DNA of 64,000 bases. It comes from an uncultured candidatus Porisulfidus sp. GTDB taxonomy: Bacteria; Pseudomonadota; Gammaproteobacteria; Poriferisulfidales; Poriferisulfidaceae. The stretch lies in the NCBI GenBank assembly GCA_965204575.1, contig OZ241993.1:1568001-1632000 (forward strand). The letters are read 5' to 3'. Below the pieces are notes generated by a model that was not told where the DNA came from, ran no database searches, and saw only the letters and a list, made by a program, of their open reading frames with translations. Below are positions 32,772-42,672 of the stretch, piece after piece. The translations under genes were made by a program, and so were the position numbers. How positions within the stretch are numbered: the first letter of the stretch is position 1; each line of letters begins with the position of its first letter.

Positions 32772-33516
32772 CCGCGCCGCCTGGCTGCTGGCCTTGGCCT
32801 TGGCTGGCAGTGGGTGCAGCGTCTACGACTACGTCGCCGACACCTTCTCCGACTCCGGCTCGGGGCCCGCGAGCCGGTCCGGCGCTTCCTCCAGCTACGT
32901 CGCCCTCGGCGTTCGCTATCACGTGCTGGACTCGGCCGAGGGTTACGTCGAGCGCGGACTGGCGTCCTGGTACGGGCCGCAGTTTCACGGCAGGAAGACC
33001 TCTAGCGGCGAGGTTTTCGACATGAATCAGGTCACCGCCGCGCACAAGAGCCTGCCCCTGTCCACCTGGGTCAAGGTCACCCATCTCGAGACCGGCCACT
33101 CCATCACCGTCCGCGTGAACGACCGAGGCCCCTTCAAGGAGGGCCGCATCATCGACCTGTCCCGCCAGGCTGCCTTGGCCCTGGGTATTGTTGACGAGGG
33201 GCTGGCTCCGGTCGAGGTGCGCACCATCCGCGGCCCCAGTACGGCTCCCCAGACCGCCGAACACCAGTTCCTGCAACTTGGCGCTTTCGCGATCCGGAGC
33301 AATGCGGAGGCTTTTGTGCAAAAATTGCGCCGCCAAGGACTGGTCCGGCTTTCCGTCCGGACCCGAGAGCGGAACACGACCCTGCACCGAGTCCTGCAAG
33401 GCCCATTCGATGACAGCACCAAACTCGACCAAGCCATCGCGAAACTCGAAGCTCTCGGCATTACCGAATACACCCCAGTCAACATTCCCTACTGGAAACC
33501 CATAAGGAAAAAATGA
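32755..33516 (+). CDS. rlpA: Septal ring lytic transglycosylase RlpA
   Basis: Lipobox; ASWYG, AAHKSLP, VNDRGPF and IIDLS motifs; SPOR domain. Confidence 0.93.
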   Translation: MIRGSDRAAWLLALALAGSGCSVYDYVADTFSDSGSGPASRSGASSSYVALGVRYHVLDSAEGYVERGLASWYGPQFHGRKTSSGEVFDMNQVTAAHKSLPLSTWVKVTHLETGHSITVRVNDRGPFKEGRIIDLSRQAALALGIVDEGLAPVEVRTIRGPSTAPQTAEHQFLQLGAFAIRSNAEAFVQKLRRQGLVRLSVRTRERNTTLHRVLQGPFDDSTKLDQAIAKLEALGITEYTPVNIPYWKPIRKK

Positions 33517-34646
33517 TTCGCTTGATTCTTGCCGCACTGCTGTTGGCTGGCCCGGCCTGGGCCCAACTCCCGATCCCACCCGTCCCCTCGCTGGACGCCC
33601 CCAGCTACATCCTGATGGACACGCAAACCGGCGAGGTCCTGGCCGAGGCCAATGCTGACCAACCGGTCGAGCCGGCTAGCCTGACGAAGATCATGACCAC
33701 GTACCTGGCCTTTCGGGCCTTGGGAGACGGCCTGATCGGGGAACAGGACCTGGTGACGATCAGCCGCAAGGCACGCCGGGCGATCGGCTCCCGGATGTTC
33801 GTGGAGGTCAATAGCCAAGTCCCGGTCATCGACTTGCTGCGCGGCATCATCGTGCAGTCCGGCAATGACGCCAGCATCGCACTTGCGGAACACATCGCCG
33901 GCAGTGAAGAGTCTTTCGCCGACATGATGAACGCGGAAGCCGAGCGTCTGGGCATGAGCAAGAGTCGTTTCATCGACGCATCCGGGCTCGGCGGGCCGGA
34001 CCACTACATGTCGGCCCGCGACATCGCCATTCTGTCCGCCGCCATGATCAACGAGTTTCCTGAGCTCTACGCGATGTTCCGGGAGCAGGAATACACTTGG
34101 AACGGCATCAAGCAACCCAATCGCAACCGTCTTTTAAAACTGCACCCGACGGTGGACGGCATCAAGACCGGTTACACCGAAGCGGCGAAATATTGCCTGG
34201 CCGCAAGTGCCATGCGCCCGGACTTGGACGAGATGCGGCTGGTTTCGGTTGTCCTCGGTGCCAAAAGTGGGCGGGCCCGGCTGCGCGACAGCCGATCCCT
34301 GCTGAACTGGGGATTCCGTTTCTTCCGCACGCGGAAAGTTCATACCGGCATGGACCCATTGACAGAAATCCCGGTATGGTTCGCGGAAACCGAGCGGGTG
34401 CCGGTGGGATTGGCCGAAGACCTGGTGATGACCTTGCCGGTCGCGGCATATGAGGAACTGGAAACCACCTACCACCTGGAGCCGGAGGTGGAAGCGCCGC
34501 TCGCGAAGGGGCAGCCGGTCGGGCGAATTACCGTGCGCCATGAAAACCGGATCCTGGCTCAGATGCCCGCCGTAATCCTGACCGATGTGTCGCAGGTCGG
34601 CTTTTTCACCCGACTCTGGCACCGGCTGCGGCGATTGATGAACTAG
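33513..34646 (+). CDS. dacA: D-alanyl-D-alanine carboxypeptidase (PBP5/6)
   Basis: PASLTK, SGNDA and KTGYT motifs. Confidence 0.93.
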   Translation: MIRLILAALLLAGPAWAQLPIPPVPSLDAPSYILMDTQTGEVLAEANADQPVEPASLTKIMTTYLAFRALGDGLIGEQDLVTISRKARRAIGSRMFVEVNSQVPVIDLLRGIIVQSGNDASIALAEHIAGSEESFADMMNAEAERLGMSKSRFIDASGLGGPDHYMSARDIAILSAAMINEFPELYAMFREQEYTWNGIKQPNRNRLLKLHPTVDGIKTGYTEAAKYCLAASAMRPDLDEMRLVSVVLGAKSGRARLRDSRSLLNWGFRFFRTRKVHTGMDPLTEIPVWFAETERVPVGLAEDLVMTLPVAAYEELETTYHLEPEVEAPLAKGQPVGRITVRHENRILAQMPAVILTDVSQVGFFTRLWHRLRRLMN

Positions 34647-34814
34647 TCGCGCGTTGATCCGCCACCCGGGTTCGTGCCCGGAGCCCAGCAACACCCCTTG
34701 CGGAATGCCGTCCACCGGTTCCATAATAGGAATCTCGGGTCGGGAGACATCGGTATGGACGACATGAAACTGCCAAGACGGGATCATTACGGCGATTCGA
34801 GCCCATAAGCCGCC

Positions 34815-35651
34815 ATGTCGATTCCTGCCTACTACAACGGCGAATACCGCCCTCTTGAAGGACTCACGGTCCCGATCATGGATCACGGCTTCCTGTTTGC
34901 CGACGGCGTCTACGAATTGATCCCCGTCTACTGCAAACGCCCGCGCTGCCTAGATGACCACCTGGAACGCCTGAAAAACAGCCTGGCCGCGATCCACATC
35001 AACGATACGCCGGAAGAATCCACCTGGCGGGAAATCTGCACTCATCTAATCGGGCAGAGCGCGGACGAGTGTTTCGTGTACTTTCAGGTCACACGCGGCG
35101 TCATTCCGGATGGAGCCCCATTCCGCAAGCAGTTTTTGGACGGCCCGCCCACTATTTTCGCCATGGCGCAGCCCCTGCCGGCAAGACCCGACTCAATCTC
35201 CGCCATCATCCGCGAAGACCAGCGCTGGGGGCGTTGCCACATCAAGTCCATCATGCTGCTGGAAACCGTTCTCGCGACGCAGGGCGCGGTAGACCAACAG
35301 GCGGGGGAAGCCATCCTGCATCGGGGAGAAGAAGTGATGGAAGGCGCGACCAGCAATGTCTTTGCCGTGGTGGACGGGCAAATCCGGACGCCCGCGCTGA
35401 GTCCTCGGATCCTGCCCGGTGTGACCCGGAAACTGGTGCTGAAGTTGATGCGCGAGAACGGAATGGAATATCAAGAAGGCCTGTTGCGCGTCGATGAATT
35501 GCGTGGCGCTGAAGAAGTCTGGGTCACCGGCTCCACCCGCGGCGTCATGCCCGTGGTCGAACTCGACGGCAACCCGGTGAGCGACGGGGCCATCGGCCCG
35601 GTCACACAGCGTGTCCGAAACTGGTACAGCGAATTCTGCAACGCACCATGA
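34815..35651 (+). CDS. Class IV aminotransferase, D-amino-acid transaminase-like
   Basis: [18 protein letters not shown] (catalytic Lys), EGATSN and ILPGVTR motifs. Confidence 0.88.
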   Translation: MSIPAYYNGEYRPLEGLTVPIMDHGFLFADGVYELIPVYCKRPRCLDDHLERLKNSLAAIHINDTPEESTWREICTHLIGQSADECFVYFQVTRGVIPDGAPFRKQFLDGPPTIFAMAQPLPARPDSISAIIREDQRWGRCHIKSIMLLETVLATQGAVDQQAGEAILHRGEEVMEGATSNVFAVVDGQIRTPALSPRILPGVTRKLVLKLMRENGMEYQEGLLRVDELRGAEEVWVTGSTRGVMPVVELDGNPVSDGAIGPVTQRVRNWYSEFCNAP

Positions 35652-36277
35652 TTCCTGCGCCCCGAATCCGGCACTGGGACTTGTACGACTACGAGCCCTG
35701 CGCCGAGGCCATGCGCCGGCAAACCGAAACAAGGGACGAGAACAGCGCCGACGAGATCTGGTTGCTGCAGCATCCGAGCGTCCTGACCCTCGGAGTCGGC
35801 GCCGACCCCTCCCACATCCATCCCCAGTGCCCGTTGCCGGTAGTCCGCAGCAGCCGCGGCGGCCAGGTGACCTGCCACATGCCCGGCCAGCTGGTCGTTT
35901 ACACCTTGCTGGATCTGCGCCGGATGCGCCTCGGGGTTCGCGCACTAGTCGAACGGCTGGAAAGCGCGGTCTTGACTCTGTTGGAGGAAGCCCGGATGCC
36001 CGCCCGTCGGAAAAATGGCATGCCCGGGGTCTATGTGGAAGGAAAGAAGATCATGTCCATCGGCTTGCGGATCAGCCGCGCCCAAAGCTCCCACGGACTG
36101 GCACTGAATGTCCACCCGGACCTGAGCCTGTTCCGCCAAATCGACATCTGCGGCAACCCAAAACTCGAAGCCACGAGTCTGCGGGAGTGCGGGGTGGATT
36201 GGGGCATCGACGAGACCGCCCGGAAGTTCCTGCCGCACCTGCTGCACACCCTGTATCCGAACCAGGTCTACGCATGA
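35648..36277 (+). CDS. lipB: Octanoyltransferase LipB
   Basis: [21 protein letters not shown] and HGLALN motifs. Confidence 0.92.
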   Translation: MIPAPRIRHWDLYDYEPCAEAMRRQTETRDENSADEIWLLQHPSVLTLGVGADPSHIHPQCPLPVVRSSRGGQVTCHMPGQLVVYTLLDLRRMRLGVRALVERLESAVLTLLEEARMPARRKNGMPGVYVEGKKIMSIGLRISRAQSSHGLALNVHPDLSLFRQIDICGNPKLEATSLRECGVDWGIDETARKFLPHLLHTLYPNQVYA

Positions 36278-37233
36278 GCCTCCCGCCCGGCATCAAGCAG
36301 ACGACAGAGCAAAAACTCTCGCGCATTCCAATCAAGCCATCCTTCGATGACCCGGTCCTGCGCAAACCACCTTGGCTGCGCATCCGCCTCCGGCATGCCC
36401 CCCAGGTTCGGCAGATGCGCGAACTCCTGCGCCTGCAGTCCCTGCACACTGTCTGCGAGGAAGCTTCCTGTCCGAACCTGCCGGAATGCTTCGGACACGG
36501 CACCGCGACGTTCATGATCCTCGGCGACCTTTGCACGCGGCGCTGCCCTTTCTGCGACGTGGCCCACGGGCGACCGCTTCCGGTGGATGCCGACGAACCG
36601 ATGCGCTTGGCGAAAGCCGTTTCAGAGCTGGGTTTGCGCTACGTGGTTATCACCTCGGTGGACCGAGACGACCTGCACGACGGCGGTGCCCGGCATTTCG
36701 CGGAATGCGTTCGAGCAGTCCGCACACGCAGCCCCGGTATCCGCGTAGAGATCCTGGTTCCCGACTTCCGCGGCCGGCTTGATCGAGCACTGGAGGAATT
36801 GGATGCCGGAGTTCCGGACGTGTTCAACCATAACCTCGAAACCGTTCCCCAGCTATACCGTGCCGCGCGCCCGGGAGCCGACTACCTCCACTCCTTGAAA
36901 CTGCTGCAACAATTTGGCCACGCCCACCCGGACACCCCAACCAAATCGGGTCTGATGCTGGGCCTCGGCGAGACCCCGCAACAGGCTCTGGCCGTCATGC
37001 AGGACCTGTTGGACCACGGCTGCCGGATGCTGACCCTGGGGCAGTACCTGCAACCGACCCGGCACCACCTCCCGGTTCGCCGCTACGTACCACCAGAGGA
37101 GTTCGACGCGCTAGGCGACGAAGCCAAGCGGCTCGGATTCCTGGAAGTCGCCAGCGGGCCCCTCGTGCGTTCCTCCTACCATGCGGACCGGCAGGCGGCG
37201 GGAATTCTAGGGCAGCGGGCAGGTACGGCCTGA
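36274..37233 (+). CDS. lipA: Lipoyl synthase
   Basis: [20 protein letters not shown] and VRSSYHA motifs; start ATG 36274. Confidence 0.97.
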   Translation: MSLPPGIKQTTEQKLSRIPIKPSFDDPVLRKPPWLRIRLRHAPQVRQMRELLRLQSLHTVCEEASCPNLPECFGHGTATFMILGDLCTRRCPFCDVAHGRPLPVDADEPMRLAKAVSELGLRYVVITSVDRDDLHDGGARHFAECVRAVRTRSPGIRVEILVPDFRGRLDRALEELDAGVPDVFNHNLETVPQLYRAARPGADYLHSLKLLQQFGHAHPDTPTKSGLMLGLGETPQQALAVMQDLLDHGCRMLTLGQYLQPTRHHLPVRRYVPPEEFDALGDEAKRLGFLEVASGPLVRSSYHADRQAAGILGQRAGTA

Positions 37234-37291
37234 ACTTGCCGCAGAAGGAAGTCCGACTTGACTATAATCTGTCGCGCAAGGAAAAACCGCC

Positions 37292-37393
37292 ATGAAAATC
37301 GAAATCAACCGTACCGACATTGTTTTCATGATGATGGCCGCCGGTCTCTGCGGTGCAGGACTCGCGTTGGTCGTCAGCATCGTACTCTGCTAG
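37292..37393 (+). CDS. Putative 33-aa single-TM small protein
   Basis: TATAAT at 37263-37268, AAGGA RBS, MKIEINRTDIVFMMMAAGLCGAGLALVVSIVLC*. Confidence 0.55.
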   Translation: MKIEINRTDIVFMMMAAGLCGAGLALVVSIVLC

Positions 37394-37459
37394 TCTGAAA
37401 GACCCCGACCCGCTTTGCACCTTAGGCTCCGCAGGATCGCCAAGAAGCAACTGCGTTCC

Positions 37460-38578
37460 TCAACGGCAAGCCGGCGGATCGACTTTCAGCCCGTCTTTCA
37501 CCAACAGAATCTGCCACAACTGGCTCTGTCGCGCCCGAAAAGAACCTGCGCAACAGCTCAGATAATACCGCCACATGCGGAAAAACCGTTCATCGTAGCG
37601 CTCGCGAAGGGATTCCCATGCGGACTCGAAATTGGTCCGCCACACCATCAGGGTACGGTCGTAATCCCGACCGAACGTATGCCAATCCTCCATCACGAAC
37701 AGGTTCTCGATGGATTGCCCGATTTGCCGGATCGAGGGCACCATGCCGTGCGGGAAGATGTACCGGTTAATCCAGGGATCGGTGCTGACCCCCGAAACAT
37801 TGCGGCCAATGGTATGGAGAAGGAATCGGCCTCCGGGTGGCAGCAGTTCATGCGCTTTGCGCATGAAGGCCCGGTAATTTTTGTAGCCGACATGCTCGAA
37901 CATCCCAATCGAATAGATTGCGTCGAACGTTTCACCTGACGGCAGGTCCCGGTAGTCCTGCTGGAGAATCTGGACGGCATGCCCCTCACAATGCTCGCGA
38001 GCAAGACTGGCCTGCTCCCCCGACAAGGTCACCCCGGTCACCTCCACGCCGTAGCGTTCGGCGAAGAACCGGCACGCACCGCCCCACCCGCAGCCGACAT
38101 CCAAGATCCGGGTATTCGGCTGAAGTTCCAGCTTGCAGGCGATCAACTCCAGTTTCGCCTCCTGAGCCTCATCCAAGGTTTCGGCTCGGCGCCAGTAGCC
38201 GCAGGAATACATCATCATTTGATCCAGCATCTTGCTGTAGAGATCGTTCCCCACGTCGTAGTGTTGCCGGGCGACCTGCTTGGATCGGGTACGGTTTTGC
38301 ATGTTCAGGAGCCGCGAAAGTCCACGGACCATGATCTTGTTGAACCCCGTTACCTGGTGATCCAAGCCGGAACCCAGCACCCGGGCAAAAAATTCATCCA
38401 ATGCCTCGCAGTCCCACCAGCCATCCATATAGGATTCACCGAGACCCAGCGAGCCCTGCGTCATAATCCGCCAGTAGAGCTTGGGGTTGTGCACTTGGAT
38501 GTCCCAAGGCCGGGAACCGTTCTCTTCGATTCCGGCTATTGCCAGAATCTTCAACGCCCATTTCTTCGCAACGGACAT
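37460..38578 (-). CDS. cfa: Cyclopropane fatty acyl phospholipid synthase
   Basis: GLGESYMDGWW, HYDVGN, LDVGCGWG, SIGMFEHVG and RMWRYYL motifs. Confidence 0.96.
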   Translation of the reverse strand: MSVAKKWALKILAIAGIEENGSRPWDIQVHNPKLYWRIMTQGSLGLGESYMDGWWDCEALDEFFARVLGSGLDHQVTGFNKIMVRGLSRLLNMQNRTRSKQVARQHYDVGNDLYSKMLDQMMMYSCGYWRRAETLDEAQEAKLELIACKLELQPNTRILDVGCGWGGACRFFAERYGVEVTGVTLSGEQASLAREHCEGHAVQILQQDYRDLPSGETFDAIYSIGMFEHVGYKNYRAFMRKAHELLPPGGRFLLHTIGRNVSGVSTDPWINRYIFPHGMVPSIRQIGQSIENLFVMEDWHTFGRDYDRTLMVWRTNFESAWESLRERYDERFFRMWRYYLSCCAGSFRARQSQLWQILLVKDGLKVDPPACR

Positions 38579-38580
38579 GC

Positions 38581-39153
38581 TCAGCCTCCGTCGGACGATT
38601 TGAACTGGTGCGCTTCTACTGTCCAGCCTTCTCCATCAATTGTCAACATCAGGCAGGAGGGCCCATCGTGGACCCGGGTTCGGCCAGCCGCGCCAGGATT
38701 CAGCACCCAAGGGAGAGTTCCCTGGTCACAGACCAGCCTGTGCGTGTGCCCGTAGACAATGACCCTAGCGTCCGGCCATGCCTCCCTCAAGCTCTCATGC
38801 GCCGGAGCCGCGCCGAACTGATCGCCGTGTGTCACGACTAGTATCCCCCCCGGAAGCCGAACCTCGGCTACGGTCGGCAAATCGTCTCCATTAGCCGCCC
38901 TGCCCCCGACGTCGTTATTGCCCGCCACAGCCACGACCTGCTTTTGTCCCGCTAATCCCTCAAGGGTCTGCAACACCGATATCCCCAGCACATCACCCGC
39001 GTGCACGATGCAGTCGACACCCGCCAAGGTTTTCTGGATGTTCGGGTCGATCCACCCGTGCGTATCCGACAACACTCCGATTCTGACTTTGCGGCAAGAG
39101 GCTCCCGACGCCACCACCTCGGATCGAGGTTCGACCTGAGACTTACTCCCCAT
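38581..39153 (-). CDS. Calcineurin-like metallophosphoesterase (YfcE-like)
   Basis: SDTHG, HAGD, GNND, THGD, GHTH and NPG motifs; start uncertain. Confidence 0.9.
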   Translation of the reverse strand: MGSKSQVEPRSEVVASGASCRKVRIGVLSDTHGWIDPNIQKTLAGVDCIVHAGDVLGISVLQTLEGLAGQKQVVAVAGNNDVGGRAANGDDLPTVAEVRLPGGILVVTHGDQFGAAPAHESLREAWPDARVIVYGHTHRLVCDQGTLPWVLNPGAAGRTRVHDGPSCLMLTIDGEGWTVEAHQFKSSDGG

Positions 39154-40039
39154 ACTGCTGCTTCTGAAGGTCTTCCTTGTGCTTCGCGACCTGCTGCTGC
39201 CGACGCTGAGCCCAAACTGCCTGGCGTTCCCTGATTCGTTGCTCCCGAGCGCCGGGCCTGACTTTCACCGAACCGACGCCGAACAGCACCTGCTCCAGAA
39301 AACTCATGGCAAACTCGAGCAGGCTTTCTTCATTGTCCATCAGTTCCCGTTCCTGTCCCGGCGGCAGGTTCACGATGTCTTTGAATTTCGAATTCTGTAT
39401 AAATTCGCGGAAGCCGTCCAGGTCATAACTGCACATGTCGAACAGTTGCAGGCTCCGTTCCGACGGCGAGCCCACCGTGGGGCCGGCCGAACGCTTTTTC
39501 AGAATCAGCCTGCGCCAATGGTTGTTCATCTCGTCAAATTTGTCCAAACCCTGCTCAACCCGATATTCCGCCACAGTCTGCTCGTGCGGTTCCTCATGGC
39601 CCCGACAATGTGCCTCGCGCACGACAAAGTAGGCATCCTCGATTTCCCCGGCCTCCTTTTTCCGTACCGCGACGTTGCCCAGGGCGTAATAGCGGCAGGC
39701 GGCCGGTCGGTCTTCATAGACGCCGCACCCTTCCTCGGTCAGGTGGATGCACTCCGATGTGCCCGGCTTGGTCGTCATTTTCAGCCCGGGCATGCCATGG
39801 GCGTCCATCTCGAACGGCACGGTGTAGCGTGCAACGAATTCGCTGGAAGTCAGACCCAAACGGTTCTTCAGCTGCAGGATGTCGTACGGAGTAAGCTGCA
39901 GATCAATGTTCCGGCAACATGCGTTGAAACAGGCAATCTCTTTGTGACAACGGAACTGGAAGATACTGTCGAGACTCAGCTCCACGGGCTGAATGGGAGA
40001 AGCCTGGAGAGGCGTCGCAGACTTCGCTGGAGAACTCAT
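39143..40039 (-). CDS. YkgJ-family cysteine-cluster protein
   Basis: FRCH...CFNACC and C..L...GCGVYEDRPAACRYY motifs. Confidence 0.88.
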   Translation of the reverse strand: MSSPAKSATPLQASPIQPVELSLDSIFQFRCHKEIACFNACCRNIDLQLTPYDILQLKNRLGLTSSEFVARYTVPFEMDAHGMPGLKMTTKPGTSECIHLTEEGCGVYEDRPAACRYYALGNVAVRKKEAGEIEDAYFVVREAHCRGHEEPHEQTVAEYRVEQGLDKFDEMNNHWRRLILKKRSAGPTVGSPSERSLQLFDMCSYDLDGFREFIQNSKFKDIVNLPPGQERELMDNEESLLEFAMSFLEQVLFGVGSVKVRPGAREQRIRERQAVWAQRRQQQVAKHKEDLQKQQYGE

Positions 40040-40642
40040 GAAAAAGCGTTAAGGACCACTTTGCGCATTTTATCGTATGACCGCATTGGGAAAAAAGCCG
40101 AAAGTGCCGAATGATGCCTCGTTGAGGGTCACCACCGTCCGACACATGGTGAGCGCATGAAGCAAGCGGGTTGGCCGTTCTGGCCATAATGGCGCCATTT
40201 GCTTGTAGCGGATGAAAAGCCAGCAATGACGGCCGCGTGTGCCGGTTTTCCGTAGTTTCATTGGGGTTTCAAATATCATATATTTCAATATCTTGTATAA
40301 AAAGTCAGTCAATTCTATTGAAAGGTTGCCCCATGTTGCCGAAACGATACGGGAACTATATGTTGTATACTGTGAACATTGAGGCCACAGACCGAAGCGC
40401 ACATGCGCCGGGAATGTGGGCCTTTTGAACGAGTCACAGCAAAAAGTCTCCGTGATTGTTACCGACCATCATCGCAAACCGGACCCAGTCGAAAGACTTT
40501 TTGCCGCCTGCCCTGCATGAGCGCTATACGCGAACGAGAGATATGAATCCAAGCATCTGCGAATCACATCTTGATGCGCGCGCCGCATGGTCCGATGCTC
40601 TCGACTGCACGGCGGGTGTTCTGCAACCGTTGAAGGATCATC

Positions 40643-42670
40643 ATGAAACGAATTCTTGTAAACGCCACGCAGCAGGAAGAACTGCGCGTGGCCATGGTCG
40701 ATGGCCAAGAGCTGTACGATCTCGACATTGAACTAACGGGGAACAAGCAAAAGAAATCGAATATCTACAAAGCAAAAATCGTTCGCATCGAGCCTAGCCT
40801 TGAAGCGGCATTTGTGGATTACGGCGCACCGCGCCACGGATTTCTCCCATTTCGGGAAATCGCCCCGACCCACTTCAAGAGCCGAAATGCGACTTTGATT
40901 CGCGAGGCCGTAAACAACGGCCAGGAATTGATCGTCCAGGTCTCCCAGGACGAGCGGGGCAACAAGGGCGCCGCGCTGACCACGTATCCCAGCCTGCCCG
41001 GCCGCTACTTGGTGCTGACGCCAAACAACTCGCGCGCCAGCGGAATCTCAAGGCAAATCGAAGGCGAGGACCGCGACGAACTCCAAAAACTTGCCTCCCA
41101 GTTGACTCCGGTTGAGGGAGCCGGGGTCATCATCCGGACCGCGGGCATCGGTCACAGCATTGAAGAACTTCAGTGGGACCTCGACAACCAAGTCCGACTT
41201 TGGAAGGCAATCCAGGAAGCCGCCAAAAAGTCCGCACCCTTCCTCATCTACAGCGACAATGATGCCGTTATCCGCGCGTTGCGGGACAACCTCCGCGACG
41301 ACATCGGCGAAGTCCTGATCGATGACGAAGAGACTCACAGGGAAGCCTGCAGGTTTGTCGAGCGAATGGCTCCGCAATACCAAAAGAACATCAAGCTGTA
41401 TCAGGAAACCGTTCCTCTGTTCAGTCATTACCAGATCGAAAGCCAGATCGAGTCCGCGCATGATCGCATGGTCGACTTGCCGTCCGGCGGCACAATTGCG
41501 ATCGACCATACCGAAGCGCTGGTTTCGATCGATATTAATTCGGCACGCGCCACCAAAAGTGGCGACATCGAAACAACCGCCTTGAACACGAACCTGGAAG
41601 CGGCCAGAGAAATCGCACGCCAACTGCGGCTACGCGACCTAGGCGGCCTGATCGTGATTGATTTCATCGACATGGTCAGCTCCTCCAACCAGAAAAAAGT
41701 GGAGAACGAATTCCGGGAACGCACCCGGCTAGATCGGGCACGGGTCCAGATCGGCCGCATTTCCCGCTTCGGACTTTTAGAACTGTCCCGGCAGCGGCTC
41801 CGCCCGGCTCTCGGAGAATTCACTCAGATCACCTGCCCCCGCTGCAATGGCCATGGCACGATCCGGACCATCCAGTCCTTGTCTCTCGCCATTCTCCGCC
41901 TGATCGAAGAAGAAGCGATGAAGGAGAACACGGGGATAGTGGTGACAGAACTTCCCATAGAGGTCACTGCCTACCTGCTCAACGAGAAGCGCGACAGCAT
42001 CGAGAAAATCACTCAGCGGCATGGCCCTCACGTTCGTTTGCTTCCAACCCCAGGATTGGAGACCCCGCATTACCGCGTTCACCGCTATCGGGAAGATGAT
42101 CCAGAGGCATCTCGCCACTTCGATTACCAATCTTCGATGGCCCACAAACCGGCCGAACCGGAAAAATCCCGCACCGCCAGACCTGCGCCGAGTCAGCGCA
42201 GACACCGGGAGCGTCCGGCCATCGATGTGGCGGAACATATCACCGACTCTCCGAACAACAAAGGCCTTACACGTGGTCTTCGCCGGTTCTTTAATTTGTT
42301 CTCAGGTTCCAGCGCCCCGCTCCCCGTAGAAACCAAGACCGAGCCGAGCTCCTCGGAAAAATCCAGGAAATCCGAATCTGATCGCCGGCGACGCCGCTCT
42401 CGGCGACACCGCGGAGGCGGCCAGCAGGCACAACGGGAACAACGTGCCACCAGTGATGATTCCAAGCAGGGCAGCGGCCAACCGCGCCGGCGGCGACGCG
42501 GCCGAAGAGGAGGACGCAACCGCAGACGCACCGCCACGGCCGAGTCTGCCGGCACTGGTTCCAACGGCGGCACGCCGCCTCAGGGAACGCCCAAAACTGA
42601 GGCCAAGCCTCCGGCCGCCCCTAAGGTGCCATCGCCACCTCCGGTGGAGACACCTCCTGCCGGCGAGTAA
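40643..42670 (+). CDS. rne: Ribonuclease E (compact, 675 aa)
   Basis: [18 protein letters not shown]1 domain, [14 protein letters not shown] and CPRCNG motifs; Arg-rich C-terminal region. Confidence 0.96.
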   Translation: MKRILVNATQQEELRVAMVDGQELYDLDIELTGNKQKKSNIYKAKIVRIEPSLEAAFVDYGAPRHGFLPFREIAPTHFKSRNATLIREAVNNGQELIVQVSQDERGNKGAALTTYPSLPGRYLVLTPNNSRASGISRQIEGEDRDELQKLASQLTPVEGAGVIIRTAGIGHSIEELQWDLDNQVRLWKAIQEAAKKSAPFLIYSDNDAVIRALRDNLRDDIGEVLIDDEETHREACRFVERMAPQYQKNIKLYQETVPLFSHYQIESQIESAHDRMVDLPSGGTIAIDHTEALVSIDINSARATKSGDIETTALNTNLEAAREIARQLRLRDLGGLIVIDFIDMVSSSNQKKVENEFRERTRLDRARVQIGRISRFGLLELSRQRLRPALGEFTQITCPRCNGHGTIRTIQSLSLAILRLIEEEAMKENTGIVVTELPIEVTAYLLNEKRDSIEKITQRHGPHVRLLPTPGLETPHYRVHRYREDDPEASRHFDYQSSMAHKPAEPEKSRTARPAPSQRRHRERPAIDVAEHITDSPNNKGLTRGLRRFFNLFSGSSAPLPVETKTEPSSSEKSRKSESDRRRRRSRRHRGGGQQAQREQRATSDDSKQGSGQPRRRRRGRRGGRNRRRTATAESAGTGSNGGTPPQGTPKTEAKPPAAPKVPSPPPVETPPAGE

Positions 42671-42672
42671 CC

